64,000 bases of DNA. Origin: a virus. Taxonomy: Duplodnaviria > Caudoviricetes. How positions within the stretch are numbered: the stretch's first letter is position 1; each line of letters begins with the position of its first letter. A program made the position numbers and the translations under genes. The stretch lies in the IMG/VR virus record IMGVR_UViG_3300028833_003520, one strand, 5' to 3'. Shown piece by piece: positions 36,801 through 46,853 of the stretch. The notes under the pieces were generated by a model. That model did not search any database and had not been told where the DNA came from. It saw only the letters and a program-made list of their open reading frames with translations.

Positions 36801-39800
36801 CAGTTACTTCGACAGAAGTTTGCATTGACGACCCTGTTGATATTATCTTGAAGAAAGAAGCCGTTAATGGTAGTACAGAGGTCGGTGATGCAACTCTCGC
36901 AGGAGCAGAGTTTACAATCTACTTCTATGATGAGACAAATATCACAGATGATAATTATACGAATTATCAGCCTATTTTTACCATTGTGACTCAGACTGTT
37001 TATAAGAATGGACAGTATTTTGTTGAAATGTCTAAGGACTATCACGTTGGTAGTGATTACTGTATTAAGTCATTTACATATAATGCTTCTCCTGCTCATA
37101 CAATCGACGAGTTTTATAACGAAAATGAAGAATTTTTGTTCCCTGCAGGTACGGTAGTTATTAAAGAAACTTCTGCACCTACTGGATTTATAAATCCGTC
37201 AAACCTTGATGGTTGGGAAGTTGATTACTATGATAATAGTGGAAACAAACAACATAAGGTTCTTACAACATCTGATTCTGCGATTGTAATCAGAATCCCT
37301 ACAGTTGAAGGTGTTACACATTCACAGTCTTCCATTAACGCTTTTAATGAAGGTGATGCTACTATCACAGCCATTGAACAGCCGAAGATGATGGGTTATA
37401 AGATTACAAAGACAGATTGGCAGACAGGTAACGGTATTGGTCAGGGCGATGCAACTATCGGTCCTGTGACATATAATCTGACAAACCAGTCTGAAAACCC
37501 TGTATGGGTTGATAAGAATGGTAATGGTCAGGTTGATTCAGGTGAGACTTATAGTGTTGGAGCAATCATTGATACTGTCACGCTTAATCCTATTAAGGAT
37601 GCAAGCGGTAAGGTAACAGGCTTTGAGACTTATACTTCACCTTCGAAATATCTGTCATTCGGTACTTATGCAATCGAAGAGGTTGTAGCAGGTAATGATT
37701 ATGAAGTAGGTTATAATTATTATAATAATAGTTCTCCTACTGGTTTTTCACGTACATTCTCTGTAAGAGATTCGAGTGCAGATGTTTACAACCCGAACGC
37801 AACTGATGGATATGTATTTGACCTTACAACGAAGCCACTCATCGACGAAGTTGAGCGTGGTGGACTTAATGTAATTAAGTACGATTCAGAAATCGTTGCG
37901 GCTACAGGCAATACAACAACAGCAAGAACCCCTCAGGGTGATGCGACATTTGCAGGTGCAGAGTTCCAGATTATCAATATGAGCGATAAGCCTGTTTATC
38001 TGCCGAACTCAACGGTAGCAATCCCTGTTGGTGGCGTGGTAACGACAATCACCACAGATGCTAACGGATATGCAACTACAGGTACTTATGTATTGCCGAT
38101 TGGTACTTATGGCATCAAGGAGACTAAGGCTCCGACTGGATATACACTTAATAGTGGATATCTTGTAGATGCAAACGGTAACCCGACAACTACTGGTAAG
38201 ATTACTGATAAGGGTCAGCAGTTGAGTTTCGTATATATTCCGACAACAACAACTATCCCTTCAGGTCAGTTACCTGGTTGTCCTGAAACACCTGTTCGTG
38301 GTGGTATCTCTGTTTATAAGACAGATGGTCAGAGAGCAGGAGATAATAAGATTACTTCTGTCGCTACTAACGTAGGTCAGGGTGATGCAAGTCTTGCAGG
38401 ATATCGTTTCGAAATCGTTAATCAGTCTGCAAATCCCGTAGTTGTAAACAATGTTGTTTATAAATACGGTGAAGTTGTTATGACTATAACAACAGATGAG
38501 AACGGTAAGGCAACGACTGCGGCTGACGCTCTTCCTTATGGTACATATCTTGTAAGAGAGCAGTCTCAGGGTCAGCAGACAACTTCAGGCTACTATGTAG
38601 ATAGTTCTTGGAGCAAGACTGTTACAGTTCATACGAACGGACAGATTGAGTCTGTTGGTTATACTCTGAAAGGCAACACGCTGAATGTTACAAATCCTAC
38701 AAATCAGGTTGTATGGCGTGGTGGTGCGTTCTTTGACAAGATTGATATGGATAGAGCAAGTGCTCCTGCACAGGGTGATGCCACACTGAAGGGTGCTGAA
38801 ATCTCTATCTATAACGAGAGTAAGTATTCCGTAAAGGTTAACGGTACTTGGTATGAGCCTGGCGAAGTTTGCTTGAAGATTTATACTGATGCAGACGGTA
38901 GGGCAACTACTGGTACAAAGATTTTGCCTTATGGTACTTACAAAGCCGTAGAGACAAAGGCAAGCACAGGATATCTTGTAAATGATACTTGGGAGAAGAC
39001 ATTTAGCATCCGTACAGATGGACAGATGGTAGATTGTACTGATTCTCCTGTTCTTGAGCCTGTTGTAAGAGGCGACGTTCAGATTACGAAGTATGATGGC
39101 GAGTTAAACGCTTCTGAAGCAACTGGCGGTAACTCTCACGGTCAAAAGAAGGATGGCACAGACCTTAGCGGTATCGTGTTCAACGTATATAATGCATCAG
39201 CACTTGATGTATATGTTGATGATGTTTCTGGCATTTACGGTACAGGCAATGTCGTAACGTCCTCTAACGGTACTTGGTATGTTAAGGGTGCTCTTGTAAC
39301 AACTATCACGACACATTGGAATGATAGTGTTGGTGCCTATACTGCCGAAACAACCGACAGAACACTTCCTTATGGTACATATATCATTGAGGAGACTGGT
39401 TATCATAAGAATGGCGATAACTCAGTTACTTATGCAAATGAGTATTATCTCCTCACAGATACTAACCAGAGAGTCTTTGAAATTCGTGAGAATGGCAAGA
39501 CTGTTACTGTCGATACAGGCAAGAACCCTCTTACTTGGTCGAACCAAGTAGTTCGTGGTGATGTAGAGTTTGAGAAGAAGATTCAGACTAATGATGAACG
39601 TGACCAGAGCAGACTTTGGACTGCTTGGATTATCACCAATGTAGCAACAGGTGAGCGTCACGCAATCGTTACTTCTCCGAACGCAGAGTTTAACTCAAGT
39701 TCACCTCTCTTACATCCCGACGATAGTAATCCTGGTTATCTCCATACGAATAATACGAATGGAAATGACTGGATTCTTGCCAAGTATGATGCTGATGAGC

Positions 39801-42800
39801 CTATTAAGATGGAAGACACAGATTATACTTGTGGCGTTTGGTTCGGTCTTGGTGAAGACGGTACAATGTCAGCACCTAACGATAAGGTTGGTGCATTACC
39901 TTATGGTCACTATACTTTGACAGAGGTTCGTTCTGATACTAACGAAGAGTTTGAGAGACTTATCTCATTCGATTTCTATATCACAAGACCTTCTGTAGAA
40001 GTTGACCTTGGCACATTGACAAACAGAGACGATAGCAATCCTCAACTTATGACATCAGCAACTCACGATGAGACTGGTGTTCGTATGGGACCTGCTCTTG
40101 AAGAGACCATTATCAATGATATGTGTTCTTACAGTGGACTTAAAGTCGGTAAGAATTACATTATTCGTGGTTGTATGAAGGTTCGTGAGACAGGTGCAGC
40201 AGTCGTCGATAAGGATGGCAATGAAGTTACTTCCGCATCTGCGAAGTTCACTGTCGCAAAGGGCGGAGAAAATGGTTCTGTAGAAATTCCTTATATCTTT
40301 GATGCAAGGAATTACGAAGGACAGTCCGTTGTAGTCTTTGAGTATCTCTATGAGGTCAAAGCAGACGGAACAGAAGTGCTGAAAGCAGTTCATACCAATC
40401 TGAACGATGATGGTCAGACCGTCAAGTTCCCGAAGATTGGTACAGTAGCACTTTCAGATGCTACTGGTGAGCACGAAGTGCTTGCTGAAGGCACAGTAAC
40501 AGTGACAGATACAGTTGCTTATGAAGGCTTGATTCCTAACAAGTCTTATAAGGTTACAGGTACTTGGTTCGATACAACCGATAATGATGAGGTTCACGAT
40601 GCAAGTGGCAAGGTAGTTACACAGACTGTATCTTTCACACCGAAGACAGCAGACGGAACAGTTGATGTTCAGTTTACTTTCGATGCAACAAACCTTGCAG
40701 GTCATACAATCGTATGTTTCGAGGAGATTAAGTATCAGGGTCACACAGTGGCTATCCACGCTAATCTCAACGATACAGAGCAGATGATTGCATTCCCGAA
40801 GGTCGGTACAACAGCATTGTTTGATACTGGTCTTAAGATGAATGCGAAGTCTGATAACATCGTAATCAACGACGAAGTTGAGTACAGTGGTGTTATCGTC
40901 GGTAACACTTACGGTGTAAGTGGTAAACTTGTTGACCTTCAGGGCAACCCGATTAAGGGTGCTGACGGCAAGGAAGTAACAGCATCAGGTTCGTTTACGG
41001 CAACGGCTACATCAGGTAAGACATTGGTTACATTCAATTTTGATGGAACTAACCTTGATGTAAATGAAATCGTAGTCTTCGAACAGTTGCTTACTGCAAA
41101 GGGCAACGTAGTTGCTAAACACGAAGACCTTACAGACGAGAAGCAGACCGTATATTTCCCTGAAATCGGTACGACATTAACATACGGAACGACGGGATTA
41201 CACGAAGGCTGTGCTCTTGATTCTGTATCTCTGCCTGACGTAGTTCACTACAAGGGCTTGGTAGCAGGCGAAGAGTACGAATTGCAGGCAACATTGATGT
41301 ATGTTGATTCTCAGTCTGTAGTAAAGGACAAGGACGGTAAGGATGTAGTTGCTTCTGCAACATTTACAGCAGATGCGTCTGAAGGTGACGCAACAGTTAC
41401 ATTCACATTTAACGCTCTTGGACTTGAAGGACGTGATGTAGTTGCTTTCGAGAAACTGTTCTATACAGGAATCGAGATTGCAAATCACGAAGATTTCAAT
41501 GATGAGAACCAGACTGTTTCCTTCCCGAAGATTGAAACAGAGTTGGTTGCAACGGAGTCTGGCTTACACTTCGCAATGAAGGGTACGACAGTTGAATTGA
41601 CAGATACTATCGCTTATACGAACTTGACACCTGGCGTTGAGTACACAGCAAAGGGTCACTTGGTAGATGAGCAGGGTAATGCCGTAGGTAACGAGGCTAC
41701 TGCTACATTTACTCCTGATTCTGAGAATGGTATTGTAAAGGTAACATTGTCACTCGATACAACAAATGTTGAGGGTGGTAAGAAGTTCGTAGCATTCGAG
41801 TCTGTATATCGTGGTGAAGTTCTTGTAGCGAAGCACGAAGATTTGTCAGATGAGAATCAGACAGTAGTAGTACCTGAAATTCATACAACGGCTCATATTG
41901 ATACTTCTGATGGTATCAAGGTAACCGATACGGTGGATTATGTCGGTCTTATTCCTAACGTAACCTACACACTTGTAGGTAGGTTGGTTGACCAGAAGAC
42001 AGGTCAGGCTCTTATGAGACCTGATGGTGTAACGCAAGTTACAGCAACCGCATCGTTTGTTCCTACGACGGCTAATGGTTCAACAACTGTTGAATTCAAC
42101 GTAGCAGGAGTTGATATCGAAGTAGCAGTTGTATATGAGCATCTCTTTGTAGGTTCTGCAGAGATTGCAAACCACGAAGACCTTACAGATGAAGCACAGA
42201 CCATCTACAATCCTAAGATTGAGACCACAGTAGGTTATGCTGACGCTAATATCAATATGGCTCCTGCAAAGGCTGGCTTGGTAATTAACGATACAGTTTC
42301 CTATCGTAACTTCTTGATTGGTCAGGATTATGTAATGAAGGGCGTTCTTTTCGATAAGACAACGAACGAACTTACAAACATTACTGCTGAAGGTAAGTTT
42401 AAGCCTGAAGCACACGATGGTCAGATGGTTGTTACTTTCGAATTCGATGCATCTGCGTATGCAGGTCATACATTTGTAGTCTATGAGCAGGCGGTCATTC
42501 GTACAGAAGGACCTGACGGCAAAGTCATTGATACGAATGTCGTAAGACACGAGAATCCTGATGACGAGGCTCAGACAATTTATATCCCTGATATAAAGAC
42601 TACATTGGTCGATACAAAGACACAGACTCATACGGGTGCAAACGGTGAGGAAGTAGAACTGACTGATACAATTACATACACAAATCTTGTTGTAGGTAAG
42701 ACATATCAGGCAACAGGTGTATTGCATAACAAGGCAACAGGCGATGCTTGGCTTGATAAGGATGGTAAGGAAGTAACAGCAACAGCAGAGTTTACTCCTG

Positions 42801-44404
42801 AATCAACTAATGGAACGGTTGACGTTACATTCAAGTTTAGTGGTGTTGATGTTGCAGGTAAGTCTCTTGTAGCATTCGAGACACTGACGCACGAAGGTGT
42901 TGAGATTGCAGTTCACGCCGACATCAATGATGAGGCTCAGACTGTAACCTTCCCTGAAATCAAGACGAATGCTATTGATAGCGTAACTGGTACACATCAG
43001 TTGCATATCATTGAGACAGATGATGTTACAATCACTGTAACACCTGACTCTACGGCTAATGCAACAGCACCTACGACAACATCAACTAATTACGGTGATT
43101 CTCTCCGTGATGCAGCAGTCAATGCTTCTGCAGATTCAACTTCTGTTAATGGCAGAACAACTCCGAAGGAGTTTGCAAAGACTGTAACAGTCGAGATGTT
43201 CCAGGTTATCGAGTCTGCTTCAGACAAAGATAATACCTTTACTGCAACTGGTTATAAGGTTGTAGATGCAGTTGATACACAGCATCCGACAGTAACGCTT
43301 GATGGCGATTACAAGTTCGTCTTTGACTTCAAGACAGTCAAACTTGAAGGTACTGCAAAGTCCTTCAGTGCAATCGTTAACTGTTTGGATAAGGATGGTA
43401 ATACATTGAAGTCTAATACAATCTATCTTGATAATGTAGGCGAGACATTCTCTGCAAGCGTTATCGTACCTGTAGGTACAGTAAAGGTTGTATTCACCAA
43501 CGGTGGCACAACTTCAATGACAGACAATTCTGCTGTAGTCGCTCCTACAGAGCCTACGAAGGTCACAGTACCGAGTGGCGTAGTAAGCGAAGACAAGATT
43601 AAGATTGTCGATACCATTAGTTACTTCGGTCTCGTTAAGGGCGAGCAGTATTCTGCTACAGGACGCCTTATGGATAAGGCTACTGGTAAGGAATTAACGG
43701 ATGCCGATGGTAATATCTTTACATCAGTTCTGACCTTTAAGGCAGAAGCGGCTGATGGAGAGGTTCAGGTTGAGTTCACTGTACCTGCTAACTTGATTGT
43801 CGGTAAGAGTGTAGTAGTCTTCGAGCAGGTTGCTTCTAACGGCGTTGTTGTAGCAACACACGAGGACATCAACGATGAGAATCAGACCTTGTACGGTGCT
43901 AAGATTAGCACAGTCCTCACTGGTTCGGATAAGCGTTCCAAGACTGTTCCTCAGGCGAAGGATACGCAGATTGTTGATGCTATCACTTACGAGAATCTCG
44001 TAATTGGTGAAGAGTACAGGGTAGTTGGTCAGATTTATAACAAGACTGCTGGCAAGTTCGTTGACGGTAGCCGTGTTGAATCTACTTTCAAGCCTGAAAG
44101 CACAAGTGCAACAGTAACTCAGACTTTCGTAGTCGATACTTCAGAGATGAAGAAGAATGAGGTATTGGTATGTTACGAGACGGTTTACGATGCAAAGGGT
44201 AACCTTGTTGCTATCCACCACGATATGGATAGTGCAGAGCAGTCCGTAACAGTCAAGACGAACACTGTTGTTCAGACAGGTATTGCAACTTATGCAACAC
44301 CTATGATGTTGACAGCACTTGCTATGATGTTGTTGGCTATTATGAGTATCTTTGGTGTCGCAGGATATCGTAAGATAAGACTGTATCGAGCAAAGAGAAA
44401 GTAA
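33851..44404 (+). CDS. Giant sortase-anchored adhesin: S8 peptidase-like + thioester domain + SpaA/Cna-B repeats + VaFE (T-Q ester) repeats
   Basis: ALIDTG/NGHG/AAGN subtilase motifs; IYCAE..YQRLL; GxYxxxExxAPxGY repeats; ~10 VxFE..HEDxxDxxQT repeats; VQTG + TM + RAKRK tail. Confidence 0.88.
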   Translation: MEHINSSTLKPNEQKNTPSFWHNLTDFSKSPVLRTVKAIRDNRKVRRFLDVSRSPVRCWWVEHKMSRRVISATLSAFLVFGSSGITALAASPDDINGTTVVDANQGTSAVILKPVTNGKLTFIDSPESSLDVPSSSRVSIKVTVEDGYKLSGIVAVNNEGEVLEGQLYDDIFTFIAKGVSISVYAECLEKDRVDEAQAQIDNLNELIVKTSDASILLSGSNIVSHYGNLYILSYDNSEDAKAAFTYYSNVAEFVDFNTAMIIQDEEFSDYGIANSSECESVAGTNELEKLDEVSGSVPQAPAKTIALIDTGVSADATVVDRVSFIEGSLDDDNGHGSAMYDIIKAEYPDVNILSIKAMNSEGIGKASTIYAAIQYAIEAKVDVINLSISAYSRVENVLLHEAIQQATAAGIVVVGAAGNLDSNAKWFLPGMYDEVIVVGASAHYQEGNNETSEGVSSSDVWYLEKNPDSNYGDTVDYFVDANSTSEASAIMAAYIAKNGTTIPTGNAVTDRFHLRADLDYDEETSMDDPYINNYADFETAMHWSHMNPSNAPSEITENGGGDGDLRIWYSEFIPGASYSTFVYRQAGVSQQYGNFSQSIYCAEAAQTNPMGGWTLERIGGSGWDDKCKPWCGLGPGGDAYDLMIDWWRSHQAEMDAAGVTLTIPATMNASHMNTGHTWPSQATDVDRANRFFYMVAHMCIDRAYTGSWHHLPGGKNGKFDDLVKAFYNYGLEVMKDDSDAYTDWWYRSYKVKGRSDGTYQRLLLGGVRKNTTQPVSVQKETSRVGWDNARMAFFTGASNVNTSGVRYYAPITDATFRLAGSKAYPITHVGSDGKVVWDKVDKGDYILVENDVPRGYIRADDVNFTVGNEPVSLTVTNIPVVRDVPLIKTYGNTALSDSNSNYSLGGAKYELIPTWGTDAQKQTYKFTVTTGTDGKATFTNVPYGRYILHETQASKGCACAPDIYVSVTPEGIYQTGSNNQTVNAVTSTEVCIDDPVDIILKKEAVNGSTEVGDATLAGAEFTIYFYDETNITDDNYTNYQPIFTIVTQTVYKNGQYFVEMSKDYHVGSDYCIKSFTYNASPAHTIDEFYNENEEFLFPAGTVVIKETSAPTGFINPSNLDGWEVDYYDNSGNKQHKVLTTSDSAIVIRIPTVEGVTHSQSSINAFNEGDATITAIEQPKMMGYKITKTDWQTGNGIGQGDATIGPVTYNLTNQSENPVWVDKNGNGQVDSGETYSVGAIIDTVTLNPIKDASGKVTGFETYTSPSKYLSFGTYAIEEVVAGNDYEVGYNYYNNSSPTGFSRTFSVRDSSADVYNPNATDGYVFDLTTKPLIDEVERGGLNVIKYDSEIVAATGNTTTARTPQGDATFAGAEFQIINMSDKPVYLPNSTVAIPVGGVVTTITTDANGYATTGTYVLPIGTYGIKETKAPTGYTLNSGYLVDANGNPTTTGKITDKGQQLSFVYIPTTTTIPSGQLPGCPETPVRGGISVYKTDGQRAGDNKITSVATNVGQGDASLAGYRFEIVNQSANPVVVNNVVYKYGEVVMTITTDENGKATTAADALPYGTYLVREQSQGQQTTSGYYVDSSWSKTVTVHTNGQIESVGYTLKGNTLNVTNPTNQVVWRGGAFFDKIDMDRASAPAQGDATLKGAEISIYNESKYSVKVNGTWYEPGEVCLKIYTDADGRATTGTKILPYGTYKAVETKASTGYLVNDTWEKTFSIRTDGQMVDCTDSPVLEPVVRGDVQITKYDGELNASEATGGNSHGQKKDGTDLSGIVFNVYNASALDVYVDDVSGIYGTGNVVTSSNGTWYVKGALVTTITTHWNDSVGAYTAETTDRTLPYGTYIIEETGYHKNGDNSVTYANEYYLLTDTNQRVFEIRENGKTVTVDTGKNPLTWSNQVVRGDVEFEKKIQTNDERDQSRLWTAWIITNVATGERHAIVTSPNAEFNSSSPLLHPDDSNPGYLHTNNTNGNDWILAKYDADEPIKMEDTDYTCGVWFGLGEDGTMSAPNDKVGALPYGHYTLTEVRSDTNEEFERLISFDFYITRPSVEVDLGTLTNRDDSNPQLMTSATHDETGVRMGPALEETIINDMCSYSGLKVGKNYIIRGCMKVRETGAAVVDKDGNEVTSASAKFTVAKGGENGSVEIPYIFDARNYEGQSVVVFEYLYEVKADGTEVLKAVHTNLNDDGQTVKFPKIGTVALSDATGEHEVLAEGTVTVTDTVAYEGLIPNKSYKVTGTWFDTTDNDEVHDASGKVVTQTVSFTPKTADGTVDVQFTFDATNLAGHTIVCFEEIKYQGHTVAIHANLNDTEQMIAFPKVGTTALFDTGLKMNAKSDNIVINDEVEYSGVIVGNTYGVSGKLVDLQGNPIKGADGKEVTASGSFTATATSGKTLVTFNFDGTNLDVNEIVVFEQLLTAKGNVVAKHEDLTDEKQTVYFPEIGTTLTYGTTGLHEGCALDSVSLPDVVHYKGLVAGEEYELQATLMYVDSQSVVKDKDGKDVVASATFTADASEGDATVTFTFNALGLEGRDVVAFEKLFYTGIEIANHEDFNDENQTVSFPKIETELVATESGLHFAMKGTTVELTDTIAYTNLTPGVEYTAKGHLVDEQGNAVGNEATATFTPDSENGIVKVTLSLDTTNVEGGKKFVAFESVYRGEVLVAKHEDLSDENQTVVVPEIHTTAHIDTSDGIKVTDTVDYVGLIPNVTYTLVGRLVDQKTGQALMRPDGVTQVTATASFVPTTANGSTTVEFNVAGVDIEVAVVYEHLFVGSAEIANHEDLTDEAQTIYNPKIETTVGYADANINMAPAKAGLVINDTVSYRNFLIGQDYVMKGVLFDKTTNELTNITAEGKFKPEAHDGQMVVTFEFDASAYAGHTFVVYEQAVIRTEGPDGKVIDTNVVRHENPDDEAQTIYIPDIKTTLVDTKTQTHTGANGEEVELTDTITYTNLVVGKTYQATGVLHNKATGDAWLDKDGKEVTATAEFTPESTNGTVDVTFKFSGVDVAGKSLVAFETLTHEGVEIAVHADINDEAQTVTFPEIKTNAIDSVTGTHQLHIIETDDVTITVTPDSTANATAPTTTSTNYGDSLRDAAVNASADSTSVNGRTTPKEFAKTVTVEMFQVIESASDKDNTFTATGYKVVDAVDTQHPTVTLDGDYKFVFDFKTVKLEGTAKSFSAIVNCLDKDGNTLKSNTIYLDNVGETFSASVIVPVGTVKVVFTNGGTTSMTDNSAVVAPTEPTKVTVPSGVVSEDKIKIVDTISYFGLVKGEQYSATGRLMDKATGKELTDADGNIFTSVLTFKAEAADGEVQVEFTVPANLIVGKSVVVFEQVASNGVVVATHEDINDENQTLYGAKISTVLTGSDKRSKTVPQAKDTQIVDAITYENLVIGEEYRVVGQIYNKTAGKFVDGSRVESTFKPESTSATVTQTFVVDTSEMKKNEVLVCYETVYDAKGNLVAIHHDMDSAEQSVTVKTNTVVQTGIATYATPMMLTALAMMLLAIMSIFGVAGYRKIRLYRAKRK

Positions 44405-44427
44405 CTGCTCTATTTCACTTCTTGACG

Positions 44428-44463
44428 GTAACCCCTCGGCAATTGTCGAGGGGTTATCTATTT
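44428..44463 (+). terminator. Terminator after adhesin gene
   Basis: TAACCCCTCG/CGAGGGGTTA stem. Confidence 0.8.
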
Positions 44464-44466
44464 GCA

Positions 44467-44495
44467 TTGACTTTTCTCATAAATGAGCATATAAT
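44467..44495 (+). promoter_or_regulatory. Sigma-A promoter with operator in spacer
   Basis: TTGACT-17-TATAAT; TTCTCATAAATGAGCA fills the spacer. Confidence 0.85.
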
Positions 44496-44548
44496 GTGCT
44501 TATAAATTTATTTATAAAAAAATTTACGATTTCGAAAGGAGTGCAATT

Positions 44549-44842
44549 ATGGCACGTAGAGAGAAAGGTTACAAGGAATACAGCGATGAGGTAAAGAAAC
44601 TCGAAGAGAAGTTAAAGCAAGCCAAGGCGAATCAGAAAGCGGCTGAAAAGGTCGAGAAAGAAAAGATTCAGGGTGTCGTCTATGACGCTTGTTGCGAAGT
44701 CTTTGAGTACGATTTCTTCGGTATGAAGAAAGCAGAAGTCGTAGCGTATCTTAAAGAGCAGATGGGTAGCAAGCCTGTGGCTGCACCTGTGGCACAGCCT
44801 GTTGAACCTAAGGCTCCTTATAACCCTGCATCTGACTCTTAA
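44549..44842 (+). CDS. Small coiled-coil protein
   Basis: AAAGGAG RBS. Confidence 0.75.
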   Translation: MARREKGYKEYSDEVKKLEEKLKQAKANQKAAEKVEKEKIQGVVYDACCEVFEYDFFGMKKAEVVAYLKEQMGSKPVAAPVAQPVEPKAPYNPASDS

Positions 44843-44862
44843 TATGAATTGAGGAAGTTAAT

Positions 44863-45702
44863 ATGGGAAGTGGACAGCCAGAAGTAAAACTCAAACCGAT
44901 TATTGAGTCTTATAATGTCGAAGAGGAGTACCTCTATAAAGATGTCTTCGAATTTATCGAAGGCGTAGCGACAGGACGAAGGTTCGTTTATACACTGAAG
45001 GCATTATATTTGGCTCGAAAGTTGCACAATGGTCAGTACAGAAACGGTATGGTCAAAATAAATGATGAACTTGTAAAATTGCCGTATGTACTACACGTCT
45101 TAAAGGTGTGTTCAACGCTGATGGATTTAGACCTTGATTTGAGTGACCACGACCTGGATGTGTTATATGCGTCAGCATTGCTTCACGATGTCCTTGAGGA
45201 CAGAAGTGACCTCTTCCCAAAAGGTGGCTATGAGTTAGTTTCGCAGTATGGTTTCGGCGAAGATATATATCGAGTAGTAAAACTGGTTACAAAGAGCCAC
45301 AATGCTTCCGAAGCAGAGTTGAATGAGTATTTTAACGCAATTAAACTGAATAAGTTAGCAATATTCGTTAAGATTGCCGACCGTAGCCATAATGTAGAGA
45401 GCCTTTCAGTAATGAAGGTCGAGCGACTTCACAGATATGTGAAGGAAACGAGAGATTATGTATATCCTCTATGCGATTATGGTCAGCAGAATTATCCTGA
45501 ACTTTCGAATGGATTCCGTATATTGAAATCGAAGATTGTCTCACTTACAGAGGAAACGGAGATACTGACAAGTATGTTTTCTCGTCAGGTATATGACAAG
45601 CAAGATGAGATAGATTCCTTGAGAAGTAGGATTGTAGAGTTAGAGAACCAAAATCTCGATTTACAGAACGAGATTAGTGAACTTAAGGGTAATCAGAAAT
45701 GA
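44863..45702 (+). CDS. HD-domain RelA/SpoT-type hydrolase (small alarmone hydrolase-like) with coiled-coil tail
   Basis: HxGQxR, PYxxH, ALLHDVLED, VKIADRSHN motifs; no synthetase domain. Confidence 0.85.
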   Translation: MGSGQPEVKLKPIIESYNVEEEYLYKDVFEFIEGVATGRRFVYTLKALYLARKLHNGQYRNGMVKINDELVKLPYVLHVLKVCSTLMDLDLDLSDHDLDVLYASALLHDVLEDRSDLFPKGGYELVSQYGFGEDIYRVVKLVTKSHNASEAELNEYFNAIKLNKLAIFVKIADRSHNVESLSVMKVERLHRYVKETRDYVYPLCDYGQQNYPELSNGFRILKSKIVSLTEETEILTSMFSRQVYDKQDEIDSLRSRIVELENQNLDLQNEISELKGNQK

Positions 45703-46148
45703 TACGAGAAATGGAAATCGGTCCGAATCACCCTGTCGATTTAGACAGCGTTGAGATGGTGAAGAGGGCATTTTTATACTTAAAATTCGGCTATGAGTTG
45801 AATTATAAAGCAGATGAAAGAAGTGAAGCATATAAGCGAATTTCTGTGCGTTATATAAACATCTTTAGGAAAAGGATAACAACAGTCAGAGATGCTTTAA
45901 GAGAGAAGGATGCTCCGTCAGAGATTGTATATCATTTTCAAGATGTTCTAAACGCTTGTTCTGCACCAAGAAACGATTGGGTTAATATCTATGATATAAC
46001 CGAGTTCTCGAAACGATATGAGAGAGTTCTTGATGATGTTGAAGCCGTGATAACACGGTATTTTGGAGAACTCGATTCAATCCGTAAAGGTATGACTGCG
46101 GATGTAGTAAAAACAACGGCTGAAATGAGAAATTTTTTAGGAGAATAA
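45699..46148 (+). CDS. Hypothetical protein
   Basis: ATGA overlap with upstream gene. Confidence 0.7.
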   Translation: MIREMEIGPNHPVDLDSVEMVKRAFLYLKFGYELNYKADERSEAYKRISVRYINIFRKRITTVRDALREKDAPSEIVYHFQDVLNACSAPRNDWVNIYDITEFSKRYERVLDDVEAVITRYFGELDSIRKGMTADVVKTTAEMRNFLGE

Positions 46149-46151
46149 TAT

Positions 46152-46850
46152 ATGGCAAGTTTAGCAAAGGCAAATCCTGAGAAAGCAAAACTTTGGCATC
46201 CGACAAGAAACGGAAATCTTACACCTTATGATGTAGATGAAGATTCAGGCAGACTTGTTTGGTGGCAGTGTGCTTGTGGCTATGAATATATGGCACAAGT
46301 TAGGAGTAATTTTGATAAAAATCCTCGCTGTCCCCATTGTAACAAGAATGTGCGTCATTACGTTGCTGGCACTACGGCTCGACATTCAATTACTCCGAAA
46401 ATTGTTAATGTCGATACGGGAGAAGTTTTTGCGACGGCTACTGATGCTGCATTATTCTACGGTTTAGATGTCGGTCCTATCAATGCTTGCTGTAAGAGAG
46501 GTCTGACGGCTACTGCTAATGGGTATCATTGGAAGTACGTTTTTACAAAGAAAGATATAAAAGAACTCGAAAAACTGGAAAAGCCTTATTATAACGGACC
46601 TTATTATTCAGAAGAAGATTTGCCGCAGTTGATAGCAGATGTTTACTCTGCAGAAAACACAGATTCGGCGAAGAAGAATGTAGAAATGCAGGCAATCGAA
46701 ACCATAGGTTCGGCTTATTTGGAAGAGTTGAATGATGAGGAATTTTTCGACACTATCTATATGTCGAATAGTGAATTATCACATAGAATCAAAGAGATTT
46801 GTCAGAAGGCAAAACTCTATGATGAAATGATGAAGAAGGAAGGTAAGTAA
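46152..46850 (+). CDS. Zinc-ribbon (DUF4379-like) + NUMOD1-like DNA-binding protein
   Basis: WHPTRNG.LTP..V...S...VWWQC.CG..CPHC; GEVF.T..DAA..INACC..TANGYHWKY. Confidence 0.75.
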   Translation: MASLAKANPEKAKLWHPTRNGNLTPYDVDEDSGRLVWWQCACGYEYMAQVRSNFDKNPRCPHCNKNVRHYVAGTTARHSITPKIVNVDTGEVFATATDAALFYGLDVGPINACCKRGLTATANGYHWKYVFTKKDIKELEKLEKPYYNGPYYSEEDLPQLIADVYSAENTDSAKKNVEMQAIETIGSAYLEELNDEEFFDTIYMSNSELSHRIKEICQKAKLYDEMMKKEGK

Positions 46851-46853
46851 CCT

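Noticed and set aside
35042-44467. Numerous short antisense/alternate-frame ORFs inside the adhesin, T4SS and other long genes
   Set aside because: No RBS, atypical composition, fully nested in well-supported CDSs.
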